64,000 nucleotides of DNA from contig CBDAOB010000003.1 of NCBI GenBank assembly GCA_965197905.1, positions 1,120,001 through 1,184,000 of the forward strand. Direction: 5' to 3'. The notes below the pieces were generated by a model. It made no database searches. It saw only the letters and a list, made by a program, of their open reading frames with translations, and was not told the origin of the DNA. The position numbers were made by a program, and so were the translations under genes. The stretch comes from Candidatus Latescibacterota bacterium. GTDB taxonomy: Bacteria > Latescibacterota > UBA2968 > UBA8231. This document shows positions 9,960 through 20,191 of the stretch, one piece after another. Position 1 is the first letter of the stretch, and every line of letters starts with the position of its first letter.

Positions 9960-10398
9960 TCACTGGCGTCTGTCCCAAGGTCACCACCCCGATCACGAGA
10001 CGTCCCTACGGCCGAAACGGACGAGGAGCGATCATTCCTAACGTGAAGCGACCTAGTGATACCCCGTACTAGATCGCGGAGCTCGGGTTCGGAGAGGTAC
10101 GCGTAGCTTCCTGTTGCCGCAACCTAAATTATTGGAATCATTGAGTTAGCAAAGGTTGTTGCGGATTCTACGGAGACCCTCCCGGACACGATTTTAGAGG
10201 TTGATCGTTTTTCCAATATTTGCAACCCATGGACGACCGATTATAATTATATGTTTCCTGTTCTATTTGTTTCCTTTCGCCTGCCTATGCGGAGTCTCAC
10301 GGGGAAGGCGGGTCCATAAGGTCGAATCCCGGTTTGCCGACATACCAACTTGACACTGAAGGCCGCGCAGATGCCTTTGCGGAGCGGATACTGAAAAG

Positions 10399-11753
10399 AT
10401 GACCAAACTGAAGGTTGTCGTGCTGGAAGGGGAAGAAGAGCGCGGCAACACGATAAAGGAAATTCTGGAGGGAGCGGGTCAATTCGAGCCGCTCATTTCC
10501 AAATCTCCGCGGCCGTTGATGAACCTTCTCGACGGTACACGGTGAAGGTGGTCAGCACCAACACCACGGTCAGCACCAACGAGCAAGATGGTCTGAAGTT
10601 CATCAAAGCCCTCTATCTCAAATACCAGCGCTACAAACAACCGCTTCCTCCGATCATCGTCTGCAGCTCTGACCAGAGCGGCGATACCGTCAAGCTCTAT
10701 GCCTATCGCTTCGCCGATGCCTCACTCATTTCCTACGTCTACATCAAGGACGAGGAATTGCAGCAAGGGGGAAACCGGCTCCTCGATCTGATCACGAAGG
10801 CGCTCAAGAGCCGTGAAGAGCTGGAGACCGCCGAGCCCGAAGAAGACGTGGCGGAGGTAGTGAAGAAAAAGCTCAAGAGCTTGCTGCAAAAGACCATCAC
10901 CTTGCCTTCGCTACCTGACGTGGCGGTGCAGGTCCAGGATGCCTTGAAGGATCCCGAGGTCACGTTCAAGAAACTGGCCAATATCATAAACACCGACATG
11001 ACCATGGGGGCCAACGTCATCAAACTGGCTAACAGTCCCCAATTCGGAGTATCGGGACAGATTGCCACCATCGATGATGCCTGCAAGCAAGTGGGAATGA
11101 ACGCCATCGCCAACACGGTAATGGCAACCAAGGTATTCGACGCCATGGAAGCGCTCCCGTCGGATTTCGATCTGAAACGGTTGCGGCGGCACAGTTATGC
11201 GGTGGGGACGGTGGCGCGGCTCGTTTCCCGCCGTTGCCGGGTGTTGAAGAAATCTATCGAACGGATGCAATTCAGCGGAATCATGTTTGCCGCAGGTTTG
11301 CTGCACGATATCGGCAAGGTGTTGATGACGCAATTTTTCCCCGAAGAATGTATCACAATCCTCGAGGAGGCCGGGTCCAGCGACTCCACGGCCGTAGAGG
11401 CGGAGCTCAAGGTCCTGGGCGTGACACACGGCGACGCTGGACTTCACGCAGGAGTCGAGTGGAGGTTTCCCGTCCTTCTGGTGAACGTGATCGGTCGGCA
11501 CCACTGGCCGTTACCGACGATTCTGTCGCGCCTCAAAACCAAACAGGGCCGGCTGGCGCAGCGGGTAATTCGCATCGCCGACGCCGCCAGCTACGAGATG
11601 GGGTACGACATGCTGCGCTCCGACGGCAAACCACCGACCCTCGAGCCAGAGCTTTTCAACAAGACCGGTCTCGACATAGATGAATTCGCAAAGTGGACCA
11701 AAGAGATCAAAGACGATATTGCCTACACCATCGATGTGCTCGGTAAGACCTGA
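10399..11753 (+). CDS. HDOD-domain protein with a degenerate N-terminal receiver domain; apparent frameshift near 10537
   Basis: LPSLP, IKLANS, AGLLHDIGK, HH HDOD motifs. An upstream frame from ATG 10399 (MTKLKVVVLEGEEERGNTIKEILE) looks like the receiver beta1-alpha1 and stops at 10543, overlapping the main frame. Confidence 0.8.
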
Positions 11754-11808
11754 GAGGTCCCAAGGGCGAGGCGAATGAACAGTATCTCGACCACGCTTTT
11801 TGCTAGTC

Positions 11809-13038
11809 ATGTCCGCCGTTAAGGTCCTCGTCGTTGAGCGCAATGCCAAGATCGCCGGACTGCTAAGCGGACATCTGCGACAGACGGGGCACGACGCCGC
11901 CGATGTGCGCAACGGCGCCGAGGCAGCCATGGAACTGCGCGGCGGCAAGTTCGATGTGATACTCATGGACCATAGGGTGACCATGGGCGGTGTGAAGACC
12001 GCCCGCCTGCTGCGCCTGCACCCGAAACATGGCCATATCCCCGTAATACTCGCCCTGCCGCCCGATCAAGGAGAAGCCAGAGTCCTGGTCAAAGAAGCGC
12101 ACTCCATCGGACTCAAGAATTTCGTCATCAAACCGTTTCGCATGGACGCGCTGCAGAAGAAGCTGGCGCAGGTCGCTGACGACAAGGTAGTCGAGAAACC
12201 GACCGATTTCGAAATCCGGGAGGAAATTCGTTCGATCAGCAACCTTCCCACGATGCCGGCCGTGCGCGGCCGCCTGCTGGCGCTCCTGAGCAAATCCGAC
12301 AAGGAAGTTGACATTCGCAAGGTAGCGCACACCATTGAGCAAGACCCGGGACTGGCGACACAAGTAATGCGGGTCTGCAACTCGACCTACTTTGGCTTTC
12401 AGGGCAATCTGATGAGTCAGGCGGTGGCATTTCTAGGGGTGGAAGCGATTCGCAAGATCGTGCAGACCTCCATCATCTACGACTTCTTCGGCTCTAGCAA
12501 ATCCGACGACCGGGGTTTCAGCATGATGGATTTGTGGAAACATTCTCTGGCCACGGGCATGTCGATGGAGATAATCGGCAAAGCGGACAAGAAAAAGACA
12601 CACTTCATGCCCGGCGTGCTCCACGACATCGGAAAAGTGATCTTCAAGATTCGTTTTCCGGATCACTTCAACAAGGTGGTAGATCTCGTGGAAAAGGAAG
12701 GAAAATCGATGCTCGAGGCCGAAGAGGAGCTGCTCGGTATCTCCCACGCTGACTGCGGCGGGGAGGTGGCGTTACACTGGGACCTCCCGGGCGAGGTGCG
12801 AACCGCTATCGCGCAACATCACAAACCGGGAGAGGCGGATCAGCACCGCCGGTTGGCGGCCATGGTCCACATCGCCGACATCGCGGCGCGGAGAATGGAG
12901 ATCGGGTACGCCGGCGACGATCTCATCCCTCCCGTGGATCCCTATGCCCAGCGTATTCAAAAGAGTGTGGACGAGATTCTAACGCGCGCAGACGACTTCA
13001 AGGAACAGATCGACTCAATAATCGGGGATCTCGGGTAG
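11809..13038 (+). CDS. Response-regulator receiver + HDOD-domain protein
   Basis: KVLVVE...DVILMD...IKPF receiver; LPTMP, DPGLATQVMRVCNS, LHDIGK, HH, VHIAD. Confidence 0.9.
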   Translation: MSAVKVLVVERNAKIAGLLSGHLRQTGHDAADVRNGAEAAMELRGGKFDVILMDHRVTMGGVKTARLLRLHPKHGHIPVILALPPDQGEARVLVKEAHSIGLKNFVIKPFRMDALQKKLAQVADDKVVEKPTDFEIREEIRSISNLPTMPAVRGRLLALLSKSDKEVDIRKVAHTIEQDPGLATQVMRVCNSTYFGFQGNLMSQAVAFLGVEAIRKIVQTSIIYDFFGSSKSDDRGFSMMDLWKHSLATGMSMEIIGKADKKKTHFMPGVLHDIGKVIFKIRFPDHFNKVVDLVEKEGKSMLEAEEELLGISHADCGGEVALHWDLPGEVRTAIAQHHKPGEADQHRRLAAMVHIADIAARRMEIGYAGDDLIPPVDPYAQRIQKSVDEILTRADDFKEQIDSIIGDLG

Positions 13039-13045
13039 CGGTAGA

Positions 13046-13414
13046 TCAGGCAGGTTTGGCTAGGCTATTGACCAAACTCACGAGCTCGTCGATATCAAAC
13101 GGCTTCTGCAACACCGCCTGGGCGCCGAGGTCGGCCAGGGAGCTATTGGAAGCCTGGTTCAAGTTCGCCGACATGACGATGATGGGCGTGTTGATTCCCT
13201 GCGAACGCACCTCCTTGATCAGCTGCTCGCCGCGGGTCGGCATGACCAGATCGGTGAGAATGAGATCGACTTCCTCGAACTGGCATTCCGCGAGTGCCGG
13301 CGCGGCATCGATGTAACCCACCACCTCGAACCCCTCCTTCTCCAACATCCAGGTTACGGAGCGAAGGACAAATCCCTCGTCTTCGATGACGGCGATTTTA
13401 ATGGGAGCAGTCAT
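13046..13414 (-). CDS. Single-domain response regulator (CheY-like receiver)
   Basis: IAVIEDE, DLILTDLVMP, IIVMSA, KPF. Confidence 0.92.
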   Translation of the reverse strand: MTAPIKIAVIEDEGFVLRSVTWMLEKEGFEVVGYIDAAPALAECQFEEVDLILTDLVMPTRGEQLIKEVRSQGINTPIIVMSANLNQASNSSLADLGAQAVLQKPFDIDELVSLVNSLAKPA

Positions 13415-13422
13415 GGGAGGAC

Positions 13423-14691
13423 CTAGCCGGCGGCGTCGGCCATGGAATGGTCGTTGATGGGCTTATGCTGCTTCCCGTTGGACCTACCGTTCGTTTCCCG
13501 ACCATAATACGACTGGATTCTCGTGCCCAACTCATGGGCACCGAGCGGAGAACATTGTTCGACTGCAGAAAGAAGGACGCGCCTGTCATTCCTTGTGAGG
13601 AACCCGGGGACCCTAATTCTACCGGGCTCGGTCAGCTCTGGAGCCGTTGGTGCTATATAGTGATCTCCGCAGCCTCCTACTTGCTCAAGTTCCGTATTTG
13701 AAGACACAGTTTCTACGCCACCGGCTTCGCCTTGCTCAATCCTGTACTTCCATCTTGAGTAGACGGACCAAACCCGCGGTAACTCGCACGAATACATCGA
13801 TTCCCAAACAGCAGTAACAGGGCTTCCCAACAGTCCCTGATGAAGTAACGAAAGCTCTAGTTCGAGCCAACTCTTGGTCATAGGATCAACAAGCCTCTCA
13901 CGGAAGGTGCGAACCCAAAGTCTTAGATACTCAGAAAACCGAGTTCCGACATATGAGAGCATTGAGTTCCAGCACCCGTATCTAGGAGATTCTATCAAGC
14001 CCGAAACGAAGGCCGTTGAAGGGTGATTGGGTAGAAATTCCTCCGATAGAATGGCCAAAAAAAGCTTGCTATGAGCCAGTCCAACTAGCTCCTGGATCTG
14101 CTCTGGGCTAATGAGTACGTTGTCCCAAGCCGCACCGGATTGCAACGGCGTACCCACTTTAAGTCCGTCTACCACAGCTCCCGAAAAGTTCGTGTGTGAG
14201 AACCTAGCACTGTAGGCATCCACACCTGTCAGATTCGAATTCGAAAAGTCCGCTCGAAAGGACGTTGCTTTTCTCAAAATCGCTCCAGACAGATCGGCGC
14301 CCTTCAATGAGGTATCCACGAGTCTTGCGCGCGAAAGCAACGTGCCCTGCATATTCGAGCCATCGAATTTGCAACCACTCAGGTCAGCGCCCCGAAAGTC
14401 CCAACCAGACAGATCCTCATCAGAATAGTCGATCCCTCGGAGATCAGCATGCCTCGTATGGGTGCCAGGAAGTTTTAACTTGATTCTCCGTGGTTTCCTT
14501 TCAACAACGCGTCCATCCCGCGAGAGACCGTCAAGGGCATAACAGACGGTGCGTTTGGATTTCCCGGTGGCGGCTGCAATTTCTTCCAAAGTCAGGTGTA
14601 CTTCATCCACCGGATGAGCAACCTGCAATGCGCGACTAATGAGAAAATCAAAAACCAAATTCTTGGTCGAGCCTGTAACTGCAGGTCCCAT
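13423..14691 (-). CDS. N-terminal winged-HTH + pentapeptide-repeat protein with an unknown C-terminal domain
   Basis: LTLEEIAAATGKSKRTVCYALDGL HTH; roughly 20 A(D/N)LSG-type pentapeptides; C-terminal half homologous to 14827..16245. Confidence 0.75.
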   Translation of the reverse strand: MGPAVTGSTKNLVFDFLISRALQVAHPVDEVHLTLEEIAAATGKSKRTVCYALDGLSRDGRVVERKPRRIKLKLPGTHTRHADLRGIDYSDEDLSGWDFRGADLSGCKFDGSNMQGTLLSRARLVDTSLKGADLSGAILRKATSFRADFSNSNLTGVDAYSARFSHTNFSGAVVDGLKVGTPLQSGAAWDNVLISPEQIQELVGLAHSKLFLAILSEEFLPNHPSTAFVSGLIESPRYGCWNSMLSYVGTRFSEYLRLWVRTFRERLVDPMTKSWLELELSLLHQGLLGSPVTAVWESMYSCELPRVWSVYSRWKYRIEQGEAGGVETVSSNTELEQVGGCGDHYIAPTAPELTEPGRIRVPGFLTRNDRRVLLSAVEQCSPLGAHELGTRIQSYYGRETNGRSNGKQHKPINDHSMADAAG

Positions 14692-14826
14692 GAGCAGATC
14701 TCGGGGTAAGAGTTTTGCAACTTAGATTGCACCTATGTATAAGATCTATCTCCTGTGCAAAATTTGCAATGGGCAATGTATATGGGAGTGATGGGTGAGG
14801 CTCGTTAATTATTGTAAAATAACAGA

Positions 14827-16245
14827 TTAGGACTTTTCGAGGTCATCCAGAAGGTGGAGTTCTGTCGCTTTGGCAACCGCTTGGGTTCGCCTGTGAGTAC
14901 CTAGCTTTTGGAAGAGTCTATTTACATGGGATTTCACCGTGGCGACAGAGACGTATAGCTCTTCGCAAATCTGCTTATTCGAGTAACCCTCACTCACAAG
15001 CTTCAATACTGTTAGTTCCCGAGACGTCAACAACCCTTGCCTATCGCTGTTCTTATTCTCTGCGGCAGACATACGATCAGCTGTCAAAGGGCGCAGATAG
15101 TAATCAGCGTCGCTACCTAAGCGAGTAGATAGTTCCGGAAAAGTCAATGGCTCAGCGGCTTCAATGACTTTGCCAAGCATGGTTCTTTCTTTTGCGGAAA
15201 TTCTAGAAACGATTCCACCACTTCTCGGAATTTTGCGATCGCTGGTTCTCCAGATCTCATCTGAGCAGCCCCCCAATTTTTCGAGGATATTGGCGTTAAC
15301 TAGGTCCGCCAAGCCCCTCTGACAACCCCTCTGACTGTCTCGTTGCCGCCTAAAGAAAATCTGCCAAACTGGTGGGAGTTTTTGGCGTAACAACTCTTCG
15401 CTGAATTCCTCGACCGTCGACCCTACACAAAGAAGCGAAAGCGTAGCCAGTTCAATTTCGAATATGTCAGAGACCATCTTGTCGTGGTGGGATCTCATGA
15501 ACTTGAAGACAGGCTCTGCCATCTCGGTATATTCGAGCGCAATAGTTACCAATGAACTTCTCCAAGTACTCAACTTCCTTGCTTCAACCGACAACGCCAA
15601 AGGTTCCGAGTGTGGACTAGAAGGCGAGGGTTTCCGAAGCACGTCTGCCATCAGGTGACTATTGTACGCTATGCTGCACAATCCCTCGCACTGATCAGTG
15701 CTGATGGTTGATCCGTTCCAATCGGTTACCGTTTGCAGGGGGGTTCCAACTCTCATTCCAGCCATTTCTGCCCCGGAAAAATTCGCACCGGCAAAACAGC
15801 TACCAGCTGCACCCATGCCCGTCATGGAGGAGCCTCTAAAATCAGCGCGGAATGAAATCACGTTCCGAAAGTCCGTTTCTTCCAGGTCTGCACCTCGGAA
15901 GCTCGTTTCGAACAATCTAGTTCGCCGAAAATTCGCACCGCGCAGATCCGCCCCATTGAAGTTGGTTCCGGAAAGATCCGCGAAGCTCAAGTCTATTCCA
16001 CTTAGATCCTTCCCTGACAGGTCGATTCCTCGGAACTCGCTCGGCATGGTGACCCGCAATCCGTCGACAGACCAAGACACCAATCCCGCTTCGATTAGAG
16101 GATCGACGATGCTCGCACATGCCTCTGAAGATTTTTCCGCACCGACGATCTGCTCAACGGTGCAGATGGGTATTTTACCTGTCGGAGCACAGTTCCTTTG
16201 GAGCTCGGCGAAATGGTAGGCATGAGTAGGGCTGACAGGGGGCAT
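14827..16245 (-). CDS. Pentapeptide-repeat protein with a C-terminal LuxR-type HTH
   Basis: DLSGKDLSGIDLSFADLSGTNFNGADL repeats; C-terminal LTSRELTVLKLVSEGYSNKQICEELYVSVATVKSHVNRLFQKLG...RTQAV. Confidence 0.85.
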   Translation of the reverse strand: MPPVSPTHAYHFAELQRNCAPTGKIPICTVEQIVGAEKSSEACASIVDPLIEAGLVSWSVDGLRVTMPSEFRGIDLSGKDLSGIDLSFADLSGTNFNGADLRGANFRRTRLFETSFRGADLEETDFRNVISFRADFRGSSMTGMGAAGSCFAGANFSGAEMAGMRVGTPLQTVTDWNGSTISTDQCEGLCSIAYNSHLMADVLRKPSPSSPHSEPLALSVEARKLSTWRSSLVTIALEYTEMAEPVFKFMRSHHDKMVSDIFEIELATLSLLCVGSTVEEFSEELLRQKLPPVWQIFFRRQRDSQRGCQRGLADLVNANILEKLGGCSDEIWRTSDRKIPRSGGIVSRISAKERTMLGKVIEAAEPLTFPELSTRLGSDADYYLRPLTADRMSAAENKNSDRQGLLTSRELTVLKLVSEGYSNKQICEELYVSVATVKSHVNRLFQKLGTHRRTQAVAKATELHLLDDLEKS

Positions 16246-16590
16246 CGCTCACTTTTCCGTCAACGTCAAAGCAGGGGAGGCAGTCACAATATCAAAATTA
16301 CTCACGTGCATCAAGATGAATATTTTCGGATTGAGCTTGATCGAGTCGCCCAACGGTCGTAAGGCAAAATAAATCAAACCTTTAAGGTCGATCGATGAAG
16401 TCGTGCAACTAGAATTTCAGTTTGGCAGGTCGGGCGATTTGTCCTCCATGTAAACCGGATTCTTTGGCGGGATCTTAGAATCTTCTTACCGTACCCGATC
16501 AGGCGACACAGCGCCAAACTACAAGTCGCATCGAATACCACCAAGCTTGTGGTAGAAAAGGCAGAGTGAACTCCAGGAAGGACTAACCGA

Positions 16591-17757
16591 ATGCGTATCT
16601 ACAAAGTCGGCATTCTCGGCTGTCGAGCTCGAGGTTCCAGTGCCGCCCGTGCCTATCACGCTCATCCTCGCACCGAAGTGGTAGGCCTTTGTGACCTGGT
16701 GCCGGAGCTTCTTTCTACGCTCGGTGACGAGCTGGGGGTGAGCGCGCGGTTCTCGGACTACCACGAGATGATCCGCGCTACCGAGCCTGACATCGTCGCT
16801 ATTCCAACGGGAACGGAGTTTCACTACGAGCTCGCCATGGGGGTTCTGGAACATGGTGTGAACATCGACATCGAGAAGCCGATCTGCGTCAATCTCCAAC
16901 AGGCCGACGAAGTAGTCGCCAAAGCCCGCCAGAAGGGTGTTCGCATCGCGGTGCACCACCAACATCGCCTCAACGCCTGGATGCTGGCGGCACACCAGGC
17001 CTACCGCGAGGGCCGCACTGGCGATTTGCTCTACGTCTACACCCGCGACAAGGGGTATTACGGCGGGTTCGGCGTGATGAACGTTGCCACCCACAAGGTG
17101 AACAACATCCAGAAGTTCGCGGGTCCTTGTCGAGCGGTGAACGCATCGGCGACCACCGATGGGCGGCCGCTAACACCACAAGATGTGATCCAGTCGCCGT
17201 CAGGGATGGGTGTCATCGCCGGCGAATACATCAACGCTACCCTCGAATTCGACGACAACGTAACGGCCACTCTGTTGCAGCAGCGTTTGCCGGGAAAGAC
17301 GACTCTGGCGGCTTCGGTAATCGAGCTTTTCGGCACCGAGGGACGATTGTTGTGGCGTCAAAAGAATGCCTGGCATCTGCCGACGCCGCATCTGTTGCCC
17401 GACGGGGAACACGATTGCTGGGAACCTTTGGAGCCGATATTTCCGGAACACTACGACGAATCGTCACCGGCAAGCCAGGATGACTACTGGTTCGTGGAGG
17501 AGTACGTGCAGGCGCTGGACGAGGGTCGCGACCATGAGTGCGATGGGGCAGACGGGCTGAGGGTCATGGAGACCTTGATGGCGATCTTCGAGTCGGCGGC
17601 GTACGGCAGGCGCGTGGCCTTGCCGCAAAAGGAGCGCGAGCATCCGCTCTTGCGCTGGCGCCGGGAGCATGGTCTCGGCGAGCCGGATCCGGTGCCGCGG
17701 GAGTACGGCGCGTGGCTGGCGCAGGAAGACGCGCGACTCGGCCGCGACGCGTCCTAG
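16591..17757 (+). CDS. Gfo/Idh/MocA-family oxidoreductase
   Basis: KVGILGC Rossmann start, EKP motif, HHQHR. Confidence 0.9.
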   Translation: MRIYKVGILGCRARGSSAARAYHAHPRTEVVGLCDLVPELLSTLGDELGVSARFSDYHEMIRATEPDIVAIPTGTEFHYELAMGVLEHGVNIDIEKPICVNLQQADEVVAKARQKGVRIAVHHQHRLNAWMLAAHQAYREGRTGDLLYVYTRDKGYYGGFGVMNVATHKVNNIQKFAGPCRAVNASATTDGRPLTPQDVIQSPSGMGVIAGEYINATLEFDDNVTATLLQQRLPGKTTLAASVIELFGTEGRLLWRQKNAWHLPTPHLLPDGEHDCWEPLEPIFPEHYDESSPASQDDYWFVEEYVQALDEGRDHECDGADGLRVMETLMAIFESAAYGRRVALPQKEREHPLLRWRREHGLGEPDPVPREYGAWLAQEDARLGRDAS

Positions 17758-17812
17758 TTGTAGGTCTACGTGATTGATCAACCACGCGACAGAATCTGGA
17801 GAAACAGCGTCG

Positions 17813-18880
17813 ATGCCTGAAAACTCATTGGATTGGTACGATGTGACCGCCTGGGAGCTCGAAGGCAAGGGTTGGACGGACACCGACAGCCACTTCGCCA
17901 GATTGCCGGTTCGAGCCAAAGAAACGGTGCGGGACTGGATCTGGATGTTAGCTCATCACACGGCGGGGCTTATTGTCCGCTTCGAAAGCGACGCGCAGGA
18001 GATATGGGTGCGTTATACCCTGCTGCGAAAGCGATTCCCGCCGTCCAAGGCGCCCGAAACGCTGGCCAAACCGGGCATGCCGGCAACCGGAAAGAGTGGT
18101 CTGGATTTCTATGCGCAGGATGATAGCGGCCACTGGTGCTGGTTGGCGGTGGTCGAACCGACGGACCAGACCATGGAAGTGCGGGCGATCGGTGACCTGG
18201 ATCCCGGTCGGCGCGGCTACATGGTCTACCTACCGTTGCGCAATGGTGTCGAGTCACTCGAAATCGGATTCTCAGCCGGTGCCGCGGTGAACTCGATGGC
18301 GCCGCGGGCGGAGCAGCCGCTGGTCTTTTACGGCACTTCGATTACCCAGGGCACCGGGGCCTCCCGTCCGGGCATGGCGTATCCCGCTATCCTGGGGCGC
18401 CGCTTCGATCGCCCCGTCATCAACCTGGGTTTCTGCGGCACGGGACAGATGGATCTCGAAGTGGGGGCCTTGCTCTGGGAGCTGGATGCAGCGGTCTACA
18501 TCATCGACTGTCTGCCGAACATGACCGGCGACATGGTGGCGGAGCGGGCAGAGCCTTTGGTGCGCCAGTTGCGCCAGGCGCGACCGGAGGTCCCCATCGT
18601 GCTGGTCGAAGAGCGCCATTACGACAACGAGCGATTCGTCGCTGCCTATCGAGCCCGGCATACCGCCAACAACAACGCCCTGCGGTCGGCGTACGAGGGG
18701 TTGATCGAGGCAGGGGTGCAAGGGCTCTATTACGTAGAGGGCGACCACCTTTGGGGCGACGACGGGGAGGCCACCTCCTACGGCGGGCATCCGTCCGATT
18801 TGGGCATGATGCGCACCGCCGATGCGCTCGAGCCGGTGTTGCGCCCGCTGGTGAGTCGCGTGTTGAGCACATCAACCTGA
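17813..18880 (+). CDS. SGNH hydrolase with an N-terminal GxDLY-type domain
   Basis: SGLDFY, FYGTSITQG, INLGF, DCLPN, HPSDLG; RBS GGAG upstream of ATG 17813. Confidence 0.88.
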   Translation: MPENSLDWYDVTAWELEGKGWTDTDSHFARLPVRAKETVRDWIWMLAHHTAGLIVRFESDAQEIWVRYTLLRKRFPPSKAPETLAKPGMPATGKSGLDFYAQDDSGHWCWLAVVEPTDQTMEVRAIGDLDPGRRGYMVYLPLRNGVESLEIGFSAGAAVNSMAPRAEQPLVFYGTSITQGTGASRPGMAYPAILGRRFDRPVINLGFCGTGQMDLEVGALLWELDAAVYIIDCLPNMTGDMVAERAEPLVRQLRQARPEVPIVLVEERHYDNERFVAAYRARHTANNNALRSAYEGLIEAGVQGLYYVEGDHLWGDDGEATSYGGHPSDLGMMRTADALEPVLRPLVSRVLSTST

Positions 18881-18895
18881 CAAGGTGGAATTCCC

Positions 18896-20053
18896 ATGCA
18901 GGTGAACAACAAACCCTTCTTCCTGATTGGCGCCCGCCACATGCCCGACGGGGGGACGCCGGCATTGTTGGCGCAGGCAGGGTTCAACGCCTATCGCCAT
19001 TTGCCCTGGGGGACGGAGACCAGCGAACCGGAACCGCCGCCGGCGCGGGACGAGGGCATCCTCTATTGGTCCTACCTTTGGAATCGGACCGCTTTCGAGC
19101 TTTCGCCCCACTTCCAAACAGAGCTCACCGAGTATGTTCGACGGGTGAAGGCCGATCCGGCCCTGTTGTGTTATGAAAACCTGAACGAACCGATCATGCC
19201 CGGGCAGCAGAAGGCGACGCCCGAACAGCTGGGCGTCGGGGTGGACCTCTTGCGGCAGCTGGACCCCGATCACCCCATATGGCTGGCGCACAGCTGCCAC
19301 AACATGGTGGAGACTTTGGCCACCTACAATCGCTGCGCCGACATCCTGGGGGCCAATCCGTATCCGGTGGTGCCGACGGGCATGCGTCCGCACCACGTGG
19401 CAGCCCGTACCGATGGCCGCATGCTCGACTGTCCGGACCAGACACTCCACGGTGCCGGCAAGTACACCCGGAAGATGCTGCAGGTTGGGGGCGGGCGCCT
19501 ACCGGTCTGGATGTTCGTTCAGGGAATGGCGAACGAGCGCTGGTTCAATCCCACGGAGCTGCCGGAGCTGGCCGATCAATCCATCGACGAGTCCAAGATC
19601 CTTTATCCCACCTACGAGGAGCTGCGTTTCATGGTCTTCGACGAGATCATCTGTGGCGCTACCGGTCTGGCATTTTCCATGTACGGAACTCCGATCCGAA
19701 GCCAGATGTGGCGTGACATCGAACGCGTAGTCAGCGAGCTCAACGGCTTGCACGACGCCCTGGCGGCTCCGCGGGCGTCCGGAAACGTCGACCTGGCCTA
19801 CACCGACCTGGGGCACACCATATGGGACGGAGTGGGAACGATGGCGAGGCTCCTAGGCGATGATATCTATCTCTTCGCCGCCAACACCGCCTTCGATCCG
19901 GCGCGGGTTTCAATTGGAATCGAAGGGGTCGAAGCCACGGGGGCGGCCGTTGTCGAGGGAGAGGACCGAGAGCTGCCGGTGACCGGCGGCAGGATCGAGG
20001 ACGACTTCGAGCCGTACGGTGTCCACGTCTACCGGTTCAAGGGCGAGTGGTAA
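18896..20053 (+). CDS. Hypothetical glycoside-hydrolase-like (TIM barrel + beta-sandwich) protein
   Basis: NNKPFFLIG, AGFN, LNEP, DPDHP, ADILGANPYP, C-terminal DDFEPYGVHVY. Confidence 0.6.
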   Translation: MQVNNKPFFLIGARHMPDGGTPALLAQAGFNAYRHLPWGTETSEPEPPPARDEGILYWSYLWNRTAFELSPHFQTELTEYVRRVKADPALLCYENLNEPIMPGQQKATPEQLGVGVDLLRQLDPDHPIWLAHSCHNMVETLATYNRCADILGANPYPVVPTGMRPHHVAARTDGRMLDCPDQTLHGAGKYTRKMLQVGGGRLPVWMFVQGMANERWFNPTELPELADQSIDESKILYPTYEELRFMVFDEIICGATGLAFSMYGTPIRSQMWRDIERVVSELNGLHDALAAPRASGNVDLAYTDLGHTIWDGVGTMARLLGDDIYLFAANTAFDPARVSIGIEGVEATGAAVVEGEDRELPVTGGRIEDDFEPYGVHVYRFKGEW

Positions 20054-20191
20054 ACCCCGGGAAGGACCGGCACTTGCGGCACACGACCAGATATCCAGGA
20101 CGAAGACCATGCCGCCTGAATCACCACCTGAAACGGGTAAAGTAGCGTTTCCCGCGTCAATTCCACCCTCCGAGTTCCTTCCCATTCTTTC

